A DNA stretch of 64,000 nt from Bacilli bacterium (GTDB taxonomy: Bacteria; Bacillota_I; Bacilli_A; RFN20; DUOF01), in assembly GCA_045118975.1 (NCBI GenBank), contig JBGVCT010000009.1, forward strand, positions 92,269 to 156,268, given 5' to 3'. Both the position numbers and the translations under genes were made by a program. Below the pieces are notes generated by a model that ran no database searches, was not told where the DNA came from, and was given only the letters and a program-made list of their open reading frames with translations. This document shows positions 24,958 to 35,412 of this stretch, in pieces (the stretch's first letter is position 1; the number at the start of each line of letters is the position of its first letter).

Positions 24958-27315
24958 TTATGATTTTTTTCTAGATTTTGAGGTTTTATTTTCTCCTTTA
25001 TCTAGAATACACATAACACCCATATCACAATCTCCTGAATATATCGCTTCTTTATCCATTTGATATTCACCATAATCCACAACATTAACAGGAGCAGCCT
25101 TTTCTCCTAAATAATCAAAAGTTTCCATTAGTGGAGATTTTGCACTTAAATAAACTCTTTCAATTTTACCCTCATGATGCTCATTATAATCCTCAATAAA
25201 AATCTCAAAAGCTTCTAAATACTTTTTAATTAATTTATTCTCAATTGCAAACACTGCATCTTCATTATAATAAACACCATTGATGATAATCTCATTATCA
25301 CTGTTAACATAAAATACTGCTTTAGAAATAATACGATTTGTTTTATCCTTAATAACTAGTGTTTGCGTGCTAGGGTTTAATATTGAACCAAAAGCAATAT
25401 CTTCCCCCATTCCCTCTATATGTCCACAACAATCATTACAATATCTTCCTGATGTTAAATTTCTAGGATCATTTTTAAGTAAGAATTCATAATAGATATC
25501 AGTTAAGATAGTATCTAATTCATCTAATTGAGCTCTTACTTTTTCTTTTGCCTCTTCTAACTCGGGCATATCTTCTTTTCTTCTCTCTTCACTAATCATC
25601 GATTTATCAATTCCTGATCTAGCAAATCTACCCATGACTACTTTAGCTTTATCATACACATATTGAAGTGAATAGAATTTGCCTATTTCACTAGCTAATT
25701 CATAATCATTTTCATCCTCAATATTTTCAAACTTATCAACACTAAAATATTCCATAAACTTTTTAGCAGTAGGTTTTAGTTGTCTATGTTTAGCATTATC
25801 ACTTGTGTTATATGATTGAACTTCTTGATATCTAGATAAACTAAGTCCTATAAGTTTAGGAAACTCTCCAGAATTATCCATTAAATCCTTAAAGAATGCT
25901 CCCTTAGCCTCAGTGACTCCCCTTATCATTTCTAAATCAAGGCTTTTAAACATCATACCATAACTTAAACTATTAATATTATTAGGTCTAATGTAATTCT
26001 TTTCAGTATATAACTTTATTAATTCACTACTTTTTTGACCAACATTTTTATCAAACACACCTAGTGTATAGCAAAACAAAGTTAATCTATCTAAAGCCTC
26101 TATATCTTTTATCCCCATACGGAAGTGTTTAGAAAATTCTTCTAATATTTGCTTATAATATTTAAAATTAGCATTCTTTAAGAAATCCTCTAATAATCCC
26201 GCTTCATCTAAAGCACTTAATGTATTTAAACCAATAGGCACTTTTAACTTTTTGAAATCTTCTTTATGCTTATATAAATATTCTAAAACTTCATTATCTA
26301 TATACTCTAGCATTACCTTGCTTACATCAATCTCTTCTTTTTTATAATAAATTCTTTCAATATTTGGACAATTAGTAAATGCACTATGGTGAATTTTTAC
26401 ATCTGGATTATCAAATGTAATAGCTTGTAAGAATTCACAATCATCAAATGCATTAGGTCCTATTTCAATCACTTGTCTAGGAATTAACACTTCAAATATC
26501 GAAGACGAAGCAAAAGCCTCTTCAGGGATATATGTAATTCTATCTCCTAAATCTACTCCCTCAAGATTTTCACACTCGCTAAATGCTCCTCTTCCAATTT
26601 CATTAACATTTGATAAATCCGCATATGATAAAAGCGTTCCAGAAAGTGCAAAATCACCAATCTTTTCCACACTATATGGCAAATCAAAATCTTTTAGATT
26701 CCCACAATGAAATAAAGCATAATCTCCAAGTCTTTCTACACCCTCTACAAATTCTAAATGTGTTAAACTTTTACAATTTGCAAACATACAGGCAGGAAAT
26801 TCTTCTAAATAGCAATCTAAAACAACACTATCTAATTCCTTACACTCATCAAACATTCCCCTACCAAAATCTCTTACACTACTAGGAATACGAATGCTTG
26901 TTATACCACTCTCTTTAAAAATCTCATCTTGCATTTTAGTAACACTATTAGGAATCTCTACAGTTTTTAAATCATAGCACCTAGAAAATGCCATATTCTC
27001 TATTTTCTTAACAGAAGAAGGAATGTTTACTGTATGAAGACTAAAACAAGCTTCAAAACATCCTCTAGGTATAGTGTATATTTCATTATTTAATATTACT
27101 TCTTCTAAAGTTCTAGTATTATGGAAAGCGTATCTATGTAATGTATAAACTTTATTAATATCAATCTTTGTTACTGGCGATTTAAAAAAGGCATGTGGCA
27201 ATATATATTTTATTTTCTCAGGGATAACTATAGACTTTTGTTTTCCCACATATCTAATAAGTTCATCTTTATGAACTTTGTATAAAAATAAATCAATTAA
27301 ATCCTTTATTACCAT
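24958..27315 (-). CDS. BspA-type leucine-rich-repeat (LRR_5-like) protein with a ~450-aa C-terminal module related to that of the 923-aa protein
   Basis: Repeats of the form IPSSVKKIENMAFSRCYDLKTVEIPNSVTKMQDEIF..., VEKIGDFAL, IGRGAFSECENL. No signal peptide. C-terminal core ...GRYCNDCCGHIEG... at about 25420-25449. Confidence 0.8.
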   Translation of the reverse strand: MVIKDLIDLFLYKVHKDELIRYVGKQKSIVIPEKIKYILPHAFFKSPVTKIDINKVYTLHRYAFHNTRTLEEVILNNEIYTIPRGCFEACFSLHTVNIPSSVKKIENMAFSRCYDLKTVEIPNSVTKMQDEIFKESGITSIRIPSSVRDFGRGMFDECKELDSVVLDCYLEEFPACMFANCKSLTHLEFVEGVERLGDYALFHCGNLKDFDLPYSVEKIGDFALSGTLLSYADLSNVNEIGRGAFSECENLEGVDLGDRITYIPEEAFASSSIFEVLIPRQVIEIGPNAFDDCEFLQAITFDNPDVKIHHSAFTNCPNIERIYYKKEEIDVSKVMLEYIDNEVLEYLYKHKEDFKKLKVPIGLNTLSALDEAGLLEDFLKNANFKYYKQILEEFSKHFRMGIKDIEALDRLTLFCYTLGVFDKNVGQKSSELIKLYTEKNYIRPNNINSLSYGMMFKSLDLEMIRGVTEAKGAFFKDLMDNSGEFPKLIGLSLSRYQEVQSYNTSDNAKHRQLKPTAKKFMEYFSVDKFENIEDENDYELASEIGKFYSLQYVYDKAKVVMGRFARSGIDKSMISEERRKEDMPELEEAKEKVRAQLDELDTILTDIYYEFLLKNDPRNLTSGRYCNDCCGHIEGMGEDIAFGSILNPSTQTLVIKDKTNRIISKAVFYVNSDNEIIINGVYYNEDAVFAIENKLIKKYLEAFEIFIEDYNEHHEGKIERVYLSAKSPLMETFDYLGEKAAPVNVVDYGEYQMDKEAIYSGDCDMGVMCILDKGENKTSKSRKKS

Positions 27316-27422
27316 ACCATCGCTTCCTTTACTTAATTATACACCAACTAAGAGATGATTTAAATATTTTTTTAGCACCGAACTAGGCTATATGCATATA
27401 TTTATACTAGGTGATATGTTAA

Positions 27423-28634
27423 ATGAATATTATAAAAAAATATGGGTTTAGTATTTCTATATTAATAGCCTTAATTGCAGCTACTTTTGTAGGTATTTAT
27501 GCCTCAGATAAAACAATAGAAAACATTAAACCTCTTGGCGACTTATTTGTTAATTTGATGTTTACTCTTGTGGTGCCACTTGTCTTATTTACAATTACAA
27601 CAAGCATTGCTAAACTACCTAAGCATCAAAAAGTTTCTTCACTTTTATCAAAAACATTTATTGTGTTTTTCACAACCAGTTTGATAAGTGCATTATTTAT
27701 GCTTATCATAATGCTATTTGTGAACCCTGTAAATAATTCGTTTATAGCTGAAGGTACGCTTACAAATGAAGAAACCAACATCCTTTCTAAGATTGTCGAA
27801 GCTATAAGTGTTAATGATTTTTATAAATTACTATCAAAATCTAATGTGCTTGCTTTAATTGTGTTCTCTATTATACTTGGGATAAGTCTTAGAGTAGTAG
27901 ATAAAGAGAGTAAAGTGATAGGGGTAATAGAGATACTATCAAAAGCCACATTACATTGTGTTAAGATTATTATGTATTATGCCCCAATTGGAATATTTGC
28001 TTATTTTGCAGCTTTAATAAACTCTTTTGGAAAAGAACTTATAGATAGTTATATTTTATCTTTAGTTATCTATTTAGTCGCATCAATATTATACTTTTTA
28101 ATCTTTTATACACTTTATTGTTATGCTAGTAAAGGTAAAAAGGGAGTTAAACTTTTCTATAAAAATATATTCCCCTCTTTTGCAACTTCCCTAGCCACTC
28201 AATCTTCCCTTGCAACACTACCAACAAATCTTAAAACTGCTGAAAGAATGAATATAGATTCAAGTGTTTCCAACCTATCTTTATCTTTAGGAAGTAGTAT
28301 TCACATGGAAGGAAGTGTAATTGCTTCTATATTAAAGATATTCTTCTTATTCTCTATATTTTCTATTAAAGACTTATCCTTTTCTAATTATCTAACAGCA
28401 ATATTAATCTCCGTTTTCAGTGGAGTTGTTATGTCAGGAGTTCCTGGAGGTGGCTTAATTGGTGAAATGCTAATTGTTTCCCTTTATGGGTTCCCTCCAT
28501 CAGCATTTACAATAATTGCTACAATTGGCTGGATTATAGATGCACCTGCCACTATGCTTAATGCCTGTGGAGATATTCCTTCTGCAATGTTAATAGAAAA
28601 ACTCACTATAAAAAAAGCTAAGAATCAATCTTAG
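27423..28634 (+). CDS. Dicarboxylate/amino acid:cation symporter (DAACS) family transporter
   Basis: 403 aa, polytopic. Contains ...SSLATLP... and ...GVPGGGLIGEML... reentrant-loop motifs typical of the family. Confidence 0.8.
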   Translation: MNIIKKYGFSISILIALIAATFVGIYASDKTIENIKPLGDLFVNLMFTLVVPLVLFTITTSIAKLPKHQKVSSLLSKTFIVFFTTSLISALFMLIIMLFVNPVNNSFIAEGTLTNEETNILSKIVEAISVNDFYKLLSKSNVLALIVFSIILGISLRVVDKESKVIGVIEILSKATLHCVKIIMYYAPIGIFAYFAALINSFGKELIDSYILSLVIYLVASILYFLIFYTLYCYASKGKKGVKLFYKNIFPSFATSLATQSSLATLPTNLKTAERMNIDSSVSNLSLSLGSSIHMEGSVIASILKIFFLFSIFSIKDLSFSNYLTAILISVFSGVVMSGVPGGGLIGEMLIVSLYGFPPSAFTIIATIGWIIDAPATMLNACGDIPSAMLIEKLTIKKAKNQS

Positions 28635-28639
28635 TTTTT

Positions 28640-29065
28640 TTAAATTTCACTTATTACATAATTTATTTTATAATCCACTATACTTGCTATGATTTGATGA
28701 TTTAAAGAAACAATATTTATATTAACATCATTTTCTATACCCTCTTCATACAATAATCTAGATATGTCATTTAAAAATAAAATATTTCCTTCTTTTGTTA
28801 ACTTGCTTTTATAACTTATAACATATGTATTACACTTTAATTCTTCCTCAATTAATTCAACACCTTCAAAACTATATTCTTTTACTTTTTCAAAATTATA
28901 CTCTACATAACATCTTCCACCATAATCTACTTTTCCCCTTGTTATCACAGAACACAAAATCAAAGAAATTATGCTTAATACATCAAAAACAAAAAATATT
29001 TTTCCTATATTAATAAAGACTCGTTTCATAACAATCCCTTGTTTATTTTTTTCGTTTTTTACCAC
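28640..29065 (-). CDS. Single-pass membrane protein, unknown function (141 aa)
   Basis: GTG start 6 nt after AAGGAG. One TM segment (IFFVFDVLSIISLILCSVI). Confidence 0.45.
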   Translation of the reverse strand: MVKNEKNKQGIVMKRVFINIGKIFFVFDVLSIISLILCSVITRGKVDYGGRCYVEYNFEKVKEYSFEGVELIEEELKCNTYVISYKSKLTKEGNILFLNDISRLLYEEGIENDVNINIVSLNHQIIASIVDYKINYVISEI

Positions 29066-29096
29066 TTTATGCTCCTTATTTTTTTATTGAAATGTA

Positions 29097-29121
29097 ACCT
29101 ATATTATTTTAAAATATAGGT
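29097..29121. promoter_or_regulatory. 9-bp inverted repeat (ACCTATATT-N7-AATATAGGT) in the divergent intergenic region
   Basis: Read directly. The right arm ends 4 nt before the GGAG RBS of the 29138 gene. Confidence 0.25.
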
Positions 29122-29137
29122 AACTGGAGTGATGAAC

Positions 29138-30412
29138 ATGAAATACGTATTTAGAGCACTTAAAAGAAACATTTTTGAAAAAACAAAAAAGATTGATGGA
29201 GTAGTTTACTATGAATTCCCAATAGTAGTAAGAGATCAAGAAAAGAAAGAATCAACATACCACGTTTATGTTAATAAGGCAAAGACTTACACAATGGGTG
29301 ATTCTTTATATATTGTCTTAGATAGCGATAATTTTGGTGGGCTTAACTATTTAAAAGAAGACACCACAAAAGCATTAACTGATTCAAAATTACTTAAAAT
29401 TTTAACTAACGATTACATATCATATATGGTATCAAAAGAATACACAGATAAATCATCTCATGCAATTAATAATTTAATGCCTGTTGGTATTCAAGAAAGA
29501 AACATTGATACTAATGCAACAAGAGTAGTAAAGTGGACTGACACTTGCAAAAAGATTCAAGAAACATATGGAAATGAACTTGTATGTGTAGAGCCATTTG
29601 TTACAGACTTTCTATATCCATTCCATTATTCAAAGTTTCAAGAAGGTAAATTTCCTAGAGAATATTTATCTAATATGATGATGTTTTTATTAACTATCGA
29701 TCCTAACTTTGAATTTACAACAGAAAAACGATTCGATAATGAATGCTACATCTATTACAAATTAAAAGATAGAAACTTCCCTTTCTTTAGAATGATTACA
29801 AACGAACAATTCTACGAATCATGTTTAGTAAAAGATGTTAAGAATTTCAAAAAGACACCATTCTTAAAAAGATTTAATGATCATGGTATGACTAGAGAAC
29901 TTATTCAATTCATGAAAGAAGACGAAGTTTATAGATCTACTGTAGTAGCAAAATACAAAGCGCTAAGAGATGAAATGAAACTTGAAAGTAATGATAAAGA
30001 AAGAATATTTATTCCTTCATTATCAAAAGATGCATTATTTATTCTTAAGAAAATGAAACTTGGAGAAAAATTAACAAGAAAAGAGCAAGAGTTATATAAG
30101 AAAGCATATGATGAAAGAATCGTTGCTCTATGCAATGACTTTTATGAAAAGGATTTAAAATTCTTCTTCACATATGATGAACTAGATGAAACAAATTTAA
30201 CTATTACTACTGCTAGTAAAAAGTTTATAGACATGCCATTCACTAGCATTGAATATGACGAAACAAATAGAGTTGTTTATGCTCAATTTGAACATAGTGA
30301 AAAATTCATACCTGAAACTCCTATTTTACAAGTTATAACAAAAAAAGAACTTGATGAAATAAAAGAAGATATCTATAGATATTGGATTAGTACAAAGCAC
30401 TATAAAAGATAA
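29138..30412 (+). CDS. Hypothetical cytosolic protein (424 aa)
   Basis: Long ORF. ATG chosen 8 nt after GGAG (MKYVFRALKRN...). No family recognised. Confidence 0.55.
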   Translation: MKYVFRALKRNIFEKTKKIDGVVYYEFPIVVRDQEKKESTYHVYVNKAKTYTMGDSLYIVLDSDNFGGLNYLKEDTTKALTDSKLLKILTNDYISYMVSKEYTDKSSHAINNLMPVGIQERNIDTNATRVVKWTDTCKKIQETYGNELVCVEPFVTDFLYPFHYSKFQEGKFPREYLSNMMMFLLTIDPNFEFTTEKRFDNECYIYYKLKDRNFPFFRMITNEQFYESCLVKDVKNFKKTPFLKRFNDHGMTRELIQFMKEDEVYRSTVVAKYKALRDEMKLESNDKERIFIPSLSKDALFILKKMKLGEKLTRKEQELYKKAYDERIVALCNDFYEKDLKFFFTYDELDETNLTITTASKKFIDMPFTSIEYDETNRVVYAQFEHSEKFIPETPILQVITKKELDEIKEDIYRYWISTKHYKR

Positions 30413-30413
30413 A

Positions 30414-30444
30414 TAAAAAAAGATGCTTATTTAGCATCTTTTTG
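30414..30444. terminator. Bidirectional intrinsic terminator
   Basis: Stem AAGATGCT, loop TATTT, stem AGCATCTT, flanked by A/T runs. It overlaps the stop of the MFS gene. Confidence 0.55.
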
Positions 30445-31719
30445 TTTTTTATTTCTAATTGTTATAAATAATCCTGTTGCGATTGCCATTGCTATTGCAG
30501 CATATGGGAACATAATTTTATAACCAGCAGGAACAAAGTAGAATAATAATCCTACAAATACTGGTGTAATTGTTTGAGCCAACATACTAGCTGTATAGTA
30601 ATATCCAGTATATTTTCCTACACTATTTTTATTTGCAAGTTCTACAACCATTGGATATGAGTTACAATTAATGAATGCCCATCCAATACCACACACTGCA
30701 ATCAATAGTAAGAATACAATATTAATTTCTTTAAAGAATGTACATATAGTTGCTGCAACAATTATTAAACCTAGTCCTGATAAAACAGTATTCTTTCTTC
30801 CTATTTTTCCTGCCACCATACCAGCTGGAATAAAGCTTAACATTGAACAAATTGTAAGTACAATTACAACTGTTCCCCAAGACATACCACCACTTAGTGC
30901 ATTACGTGCATATAAACTTCCAAATGATTCAATAGCATTAAATCCAAAGAACCAGAAGAAAGTAGAAGCAATTAATATGTATAAATTATATTTATCATTT
31001 TTAGATAATTCCTTATCTTCAGATACGACTTCATTAGTGTCTGCAAGTTGCTCTCCAATAGCCATTTCTTCTTTTACTTCTTCTGCTATTTTATTTTCTT
31101 TAATTTTAATAAATAAAGTAACCATAGCCATAATCATTAATACTGATGTAAGTATAAATGGTAATACAGCGGCATGAGTAGCTGTATCAGGTTCTCCTAG
31201 AACCATTGGTAATGCTCCAGCAAATATTGCTCCTAGATAACCAACAAGATTAATAATACCATTAGCCTTACTTCTAAGTGGTTTAGGAGTAATATCTGGC
31301 ATTAATGCAACTGCTGGATTTCTATACATATTCATAACTAATAGTGTTAATCCCATAGTTACAAATATTCCAACTAAACTACTATTCAAATAGAATACAG
31401 GGATAAGAGGGAAGATAATAGCTGCAAGTACAGTTCCTATAACAATGAATGGCATTCTCTTTCCATACTTAGTATTTGTTTTATCTGATAAATTACCAAA
31501 TATTGGTAACATAAATAAACCAAATAGATTATCAGCTGCCATAATAGCACCGATGATATAAGCATATTCTTCTGGAGTTCCTCCAAATTTAGCAATTAGT
31601 AAGTCCTCTAAAAATAAAGGTGCATAGTAATTATAGACTTGCCATAGCATTAAGATAGTAAAAAAGGCAAGACCAATATACGTTGTACGTTTTACGTTAA
31701 GTTTCAATTTGTTTTCCAT
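30427..31719 (-). CDS. MFS transporter (12 TM)
   Basis: 430 aa, polytopic, with a central hydrophilic loop. GGAGG RBS. Confidence 0.8.
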   Translation of the reverse strand: MENKLKLNVKRTTYIGLAFFTILMLWQVYNYYAPLFLEDLLIAKFGGTPEEYAYIIGAIMAADNLFGLFMLPIFGNLSDKTNTKYGKRMPFIVIGTVLAAIIFPLIPVFYLNSSLVGIFVTMGLTLLVMNMYRNPAVALMPDITPKPLRSKANGIINLVGYLGAIFAGALPMVLGEPDTATHAAVLPFILTSVLMIMAMVTLFIKIKENKIAEEVKEEMAIGEQLADTNEVVSEDKELSKNDKYNLYILIASTFFWFFGFNAIESFGSLYARNALSGGMSWGTVVIVLTICSMLSFIPAGMVAGKIGRKNTVLSGLGLIIVAATICTFFKEINIVFLLLIAVCGIGWAFINCNSYPMVVELANKNSVGKYTGYYYTASMLAQTITPVFVGLLFYFVPAGYKIMFPYAAIAMAIATGLFITIRNKKQKDAK

Positions 31720-31846
31720 AAACTCAACCTCCTACATTTATGTTAACACATATGTATTTTTTTAAAATACATTTAGGCCCTTTTTATTGTTTAAGATTAA
31801 AGTTTGTAGGTATAATGGAATTATAGAAAAGAGGCGTATTTAAAAG

Positions 31847-34800
31847 ATGAGTAAAAATAAGATTATTATGTCTGTAGATGGTAATGAGGCTTGCGCCCAT
31901 GGTGCTTATGCATTTAGCGAAGTTGCTGCTATCTACCCTATAACACCTAGCTCTCCTATGGCTGAACACGTTGATGCTTGGAGTAGTAAGGGAAGAAAAA
32001 ATGTATTTGGAAGCAACGTAAAGGTTGTTGAAATGGAATCAGAGGCTGGTGCTAGTGGTGCTGTTCATGGTGCTTTACAAGGTGGAGCGCTTGCTTCAAC
32101 ATATACAGCTAGCCAAGGATTACTATTAATGATTCCTAATTTATATAAAATGGTTGGTGAATTACTTCCAGGAGTATTACATGTATCTGCTAGAAGTTTA
32201 GCTACTAGAGCATTATCAATATTTGGTGATCACCAAGACATTTATGCTGTTAGACAAACTGGTGCTTGTATGATTTGTTCTCACTCAGTTCAAGAAGCTG
32301 CTGATTTAGCACCTGTTGCTCACTTAACAGCAATCAAGGCTGGAATTCCTGTTGTTCACTTCTTTGATGGATTTAGAACAAGTCATGAAATTCAAAAAGT
32401 TGAATTACAAGACTATGATAGTTTAAAAGCTTTACTTGATATGGATGCTGTAAAGAGATTTAAAGACAACGCTTTAAACCCTCATACAAATTCTGTAACT
32501 AGAGGTGGAGCAGAAAATGATGATATTTATTTCCAAGCAAGAGAAGCACAAAATAAACATTTAGATAATGTTGGTGTTGTTGCTAGTGAATATTTCAAAA
32601 AGATTTCTAAGTTAACTGGAAGAAAATATGCTCCATTTACTTATTATGGTGCAAATGATGCTACTAGAGTAATTATTGCTATGGGTAGTGTAACTCAAAC
32701 AATCGAAGAAACTATCGATACACTTAATAAAAAAGGCGAAAAAGTTGGTTTAGTAAAGGTTCACTTATATAGACCTTTCTTAACAGACAAATTAGCTAGT
32801 GTTATTCCTGCAACTTGTACAAGCATTGCAGTACTTGATAGAACAAAGGAAGCTGGAGCTACTGGCGAACCTTTATATCTAGATGTTGTTACTGCTTTAT
32901 TTAAAGAAAACAAGCATTATGATGTAGTTGTTGGTGGTAGATATGGTTTATCTAGTAAGGATACTCAACCATGTCATATTAAAGCTGTTTATGACAACTT
33001 AAAGAAAAAGAAGCCATTAAATGGATTTACTGTAGGTATTGAAGATGATGTTACTCATTTATCTTTAAAAGTTAACCCTAACTTCAATGTTAAAACAGAT
33101 TATATTTCATGCTTATTCTATGGATTAGGTAGTGATGGTACAGTTGGTGCTAATAAGAGTTCTATAAAGATTATTGGTGAAGCTACAAAGATGTATACTC
33201 AAGCATACTTTGCATATGACTCTAAAAAGAGTGGTGGAGCTACAAGAAGCCACTTAAGATTTGGTCCTACTCCAATTAGATCTACTTACTATATTAAAAA
33301 CGCTGACTTTATTTCATGCTCTCTAGATTCTTATATATTCAAATATAACATGCTAGATAACTTAAAAGTTGGTGGTACTTTCTTACTTAATACATCAGTA
33401 GATGAAAGTGAAATTGCTAAATATTTACCTAATAGATTAAAGAAACAATTAGCAGATAAAAAAGCTAAGTTCTATATTATTAATGCTAGTAAGATTGCTA
33501 AAGAAGTTGGTATGGGTAGAAAAACAAATACTGTACTTCAAAGTGCGTTCTTCAAATTAAATCCTGGATTAATGCCATATACAAAAGCAAATACACTAAT
33601 GAAACAATTTGCAAAAAAATCTTATGGTCATAAGGGTGATGAAATTGTTAAATGTAACTATGATGCTATAGATAGAGGTGGAGAATTTGTTCAAATTAAT
33701 GTAGATCCATCATGGAGTGAATTAAAAGTTAATGATGTTAGAAAGAATGCAGATAACTACTTTGATTCATTTGTTACTCCTATTGGTACTCTAGATGGAT
33801 ATGATTTACCTGTATCTACATTTACAAAATATGGTTTATTAGATGGTACAATGCAAAACAATGTAACATTTAAGGAAAAAAGAGAGATTGCTGAAGAAGT
33901 ACCTCATTGGATTAAAGAAAATTGTATTCAATGTAACAAGTGTGTATTTGTATGTCCACATGCTACTATTAGAGCATTCTTACTTGATGGAACAGAATAT
34001 GAAGCTGCTCCTGAAGTTGTAAAGAAGGAATATTTAGAAGCTATGGGTGGTCCTAACGTTAAGGGATTAAAATTCAAAGTTCAAGTTGATCCTAAAAACT
34101 GTGTTGGATGTGGTCTTTGTGTAAGAGAGTGTCCTGGTAAGGCTGGAGCAAAGGCACTTGAAATGAAACCAATAGCTGAAGAACTTCATGAAGATGAAGG
34201 CGCTAACTATTTATATAAGAATGTAAGTTACAAAACTCAATACTTCCCTACTAACACAGTAAAAGGTATTGGATTTGCTAGACCTTATTTTGAAGTAAGT
34301 GGTTCATGTGCTGGATGTGGAGAAACTCCTTACTATAGACTATTATCTCAATTATTTGGTAAAGATATGATTATTGCTAACGCAACTGGATGTTCTTCTA
34401 TTTATAATGGAAGCACTCCTTCTACTCCATTCTGTACTGATGAAAATAATGAAGGACCTGCATGGGCTAACTCTTTATTCGAAGACAATGCTGAATTTGG
34501 TTATGGTATGAAGATTGCAAATGATTATAAAACATTACAAATTCTAAATGCATTAAATGACAACATGAATGAATTAGAACCTGAATTACAAGAAGTTGCT
34601 AAGACTTATATTGAAAACATTAATAATAGAGAAAAACAAAGAGAAATTAAAGATAAACTTGTTTCATTAGTAGAAGCAAGTAGTAATGAAAATGTTAAGT
34701 CATTATTAGATTACAAGAATGATATTGTAACTAAGTCTCAATGGATCATTGGTGGAGATGGTTGGGCTTATGATATTGGATTTGGTGGATTAGACCATGT

Positions 34801-35383
34801 TTTAGCTAACAATGAAAATGTTAATATCCTAGTTCTTGATACAGAGGTTTACTCTAACACTGGAGGTCAAGCAAGTAAATCTAGCCAAACTGGAGCAATC
34901 GCTAAATTCGCTGCTAGTGGTAAAAAGACTGCTAAGAAAGACTTAGCACAAATCGCTATGAGTTATGGTCATGTATATGTTGCTCAAGTAAATATGGGTG
35001 CTAATAACATGCAAGTAATTAAGGCTATGAAAGAAGCTGAAAGTTATGATGGACCATCATTAATCATTGCTTATTGTCCATGTATTGAACATGGTATAAG
35101 AAGTGGTATGTTGAGCCACCAACAAGTTCAAAAGAAAGCTACTGAATGTGGATACTTCAATATCTATAGATATGATCCAAGACTAAAAGAAGAAGGTAAA
35201 AACCCACTTCAATTAGACTTCAAAGAACCTGACTTCACTAAGTTTAAAGACTTTGTATTAAATGAAACTAGATTTGCTTCATTATCTAAGATTAATCCAG
35301 ATAACGCTGATGCATTATTAGACTTATCTATTAAATATGCTCAAAACAGATTTGAAAAATTAGATAAAGCAAGTAAAGAATAA
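31847..35383 (+). CDS. nifJ: Pyruvate:ferredoxin (flavodoxin) oxidoreductase, single-polypeptide type
   Basis: 1178 aa. Two ferredoxin-type 4Fe-4S motifs (CIQCNKCVFVCP, CVGCGLCVRECP). TPP-binding region GGDGWAYDIGFGGLDH. Confidence 0.95.
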   Translation: MSKNKIIMSVDGNEACAHGAYAFSEVAAIYPITPSSPMAEHVDAWSSKGRKNVFGSNVKVVEMESEAGASGAVHGALQGGALASTYTASQGLLLMIPNLYKMVGELLPGVLHVSARSLATRALSIFGDHQDIYAVRQTGACMICSHSVQEAADLAPVAHLTAIKAGIPVVHFFDGFRTSHEIQKVELQDYDSLKALLDMDAVKRFKDNALNPHTNSVTRGGAENDDIYFQAREAQNKHLDNVGVVASEYFKKISKLTGRKYAPFTYYGANDATRVIIAMGSVTQTIEETIDTLNKKGEKVGLVKVHLYRPFLTDKLASVIPATCTSIAVLDRTKEAGATGEPLYLDVVTALFKENKHYDVVVGGRYGLSSKDTQPCHIKAVYDNLKKKKPLNGFTVGIEDDVTHLSLKVNPNFNVKTDYISCLFYGLGSDGTVGANKSSIKIIGEATKMYTQAYFAYDSKKSGGATRSHLRFGPTPIRSTYYIKNADFISCSLDSYIFKYNMLDNLKVGGTFLLNTSVDESEIAKYLPNRLKKQLADKKAKFYIINASKIAKEVGMGRKTNTVLQSAFFKLNPGLMPYTKANTLMKQFAKKSYGHKGDEIVKCNYDAIDRGGEFVQINVDPSWSELKVNDVRKNADNYFDSFVTPIGTLDGYDLPVSTFTKYGLLDGTMQNNVTFKEKREIAEEVPHWIKENCIQCNKCVFVCPHATIRAFLLDGTEYEAAPEVVKKEYLEAMGGPNVKGLKFKVQVDPKNCVGCGLCVRECPGKAGAKALEMKPIAEELHEDEGANYLYKNVSYKTQYFPTNTVKGIGFARPYFEVSGSCAGCGETPYYRLLSQLFGKDMIIANATGCSSIYNGSTPSTPFCTDENNEGPAWANSLFEDNAEFGYGMKIANDYKTLQILNALNDNMNELEPELQEVAKTYIENINNREKQREIKDKLVSLVEASSNENVKSLLDYKNDIVTKSQWIIGGDGWAYDIGFGGLDHVLANNENVNILVLDTEVYSNTGGQASKSSQTGAIAKFAASGKKTAKKDLAQIAMSYGHVYVAQVNMGANNMQVIKAMKEAESYDGPSLIIAYCPCIEHGIRSGMLSHQQVQKKATECGYFNIYRYDPRLKEEGKNPLQLDFKEPDFTKFKDFVLNETRFASLSKINPDNADALLDLSIKYAQNRFEKLDKASKE

Positions 35384-35385
35384 AA

Positions 35386-35412
35386 TAAAAAGAACCTTCG
35401 GGTTCTTTTTTT
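35386..35412. terminator. Bidirectional intrinsic terminator
   Basis: Stem AGAACC, loop TTCG, stem GGTTCT, with flanking A- and T-runs. Confidence 0.65.

Noticed and set aside
30671-31177. A 168-aa plus-strand ORF lies antisense to the MFS transporter. Similar antisense ORFs occur at, for example, 1360..1608, 8877..9125, 12769..13080, 40911..41222, 54190..54555 and 61509..61907.
   Set aside because: Each is fully embedded antisense in a longer gene with a clear family assignment. None has an RBS, and all have low-complexity hydrophobic translations typical of shadow ORFs in AT-rich DNA.
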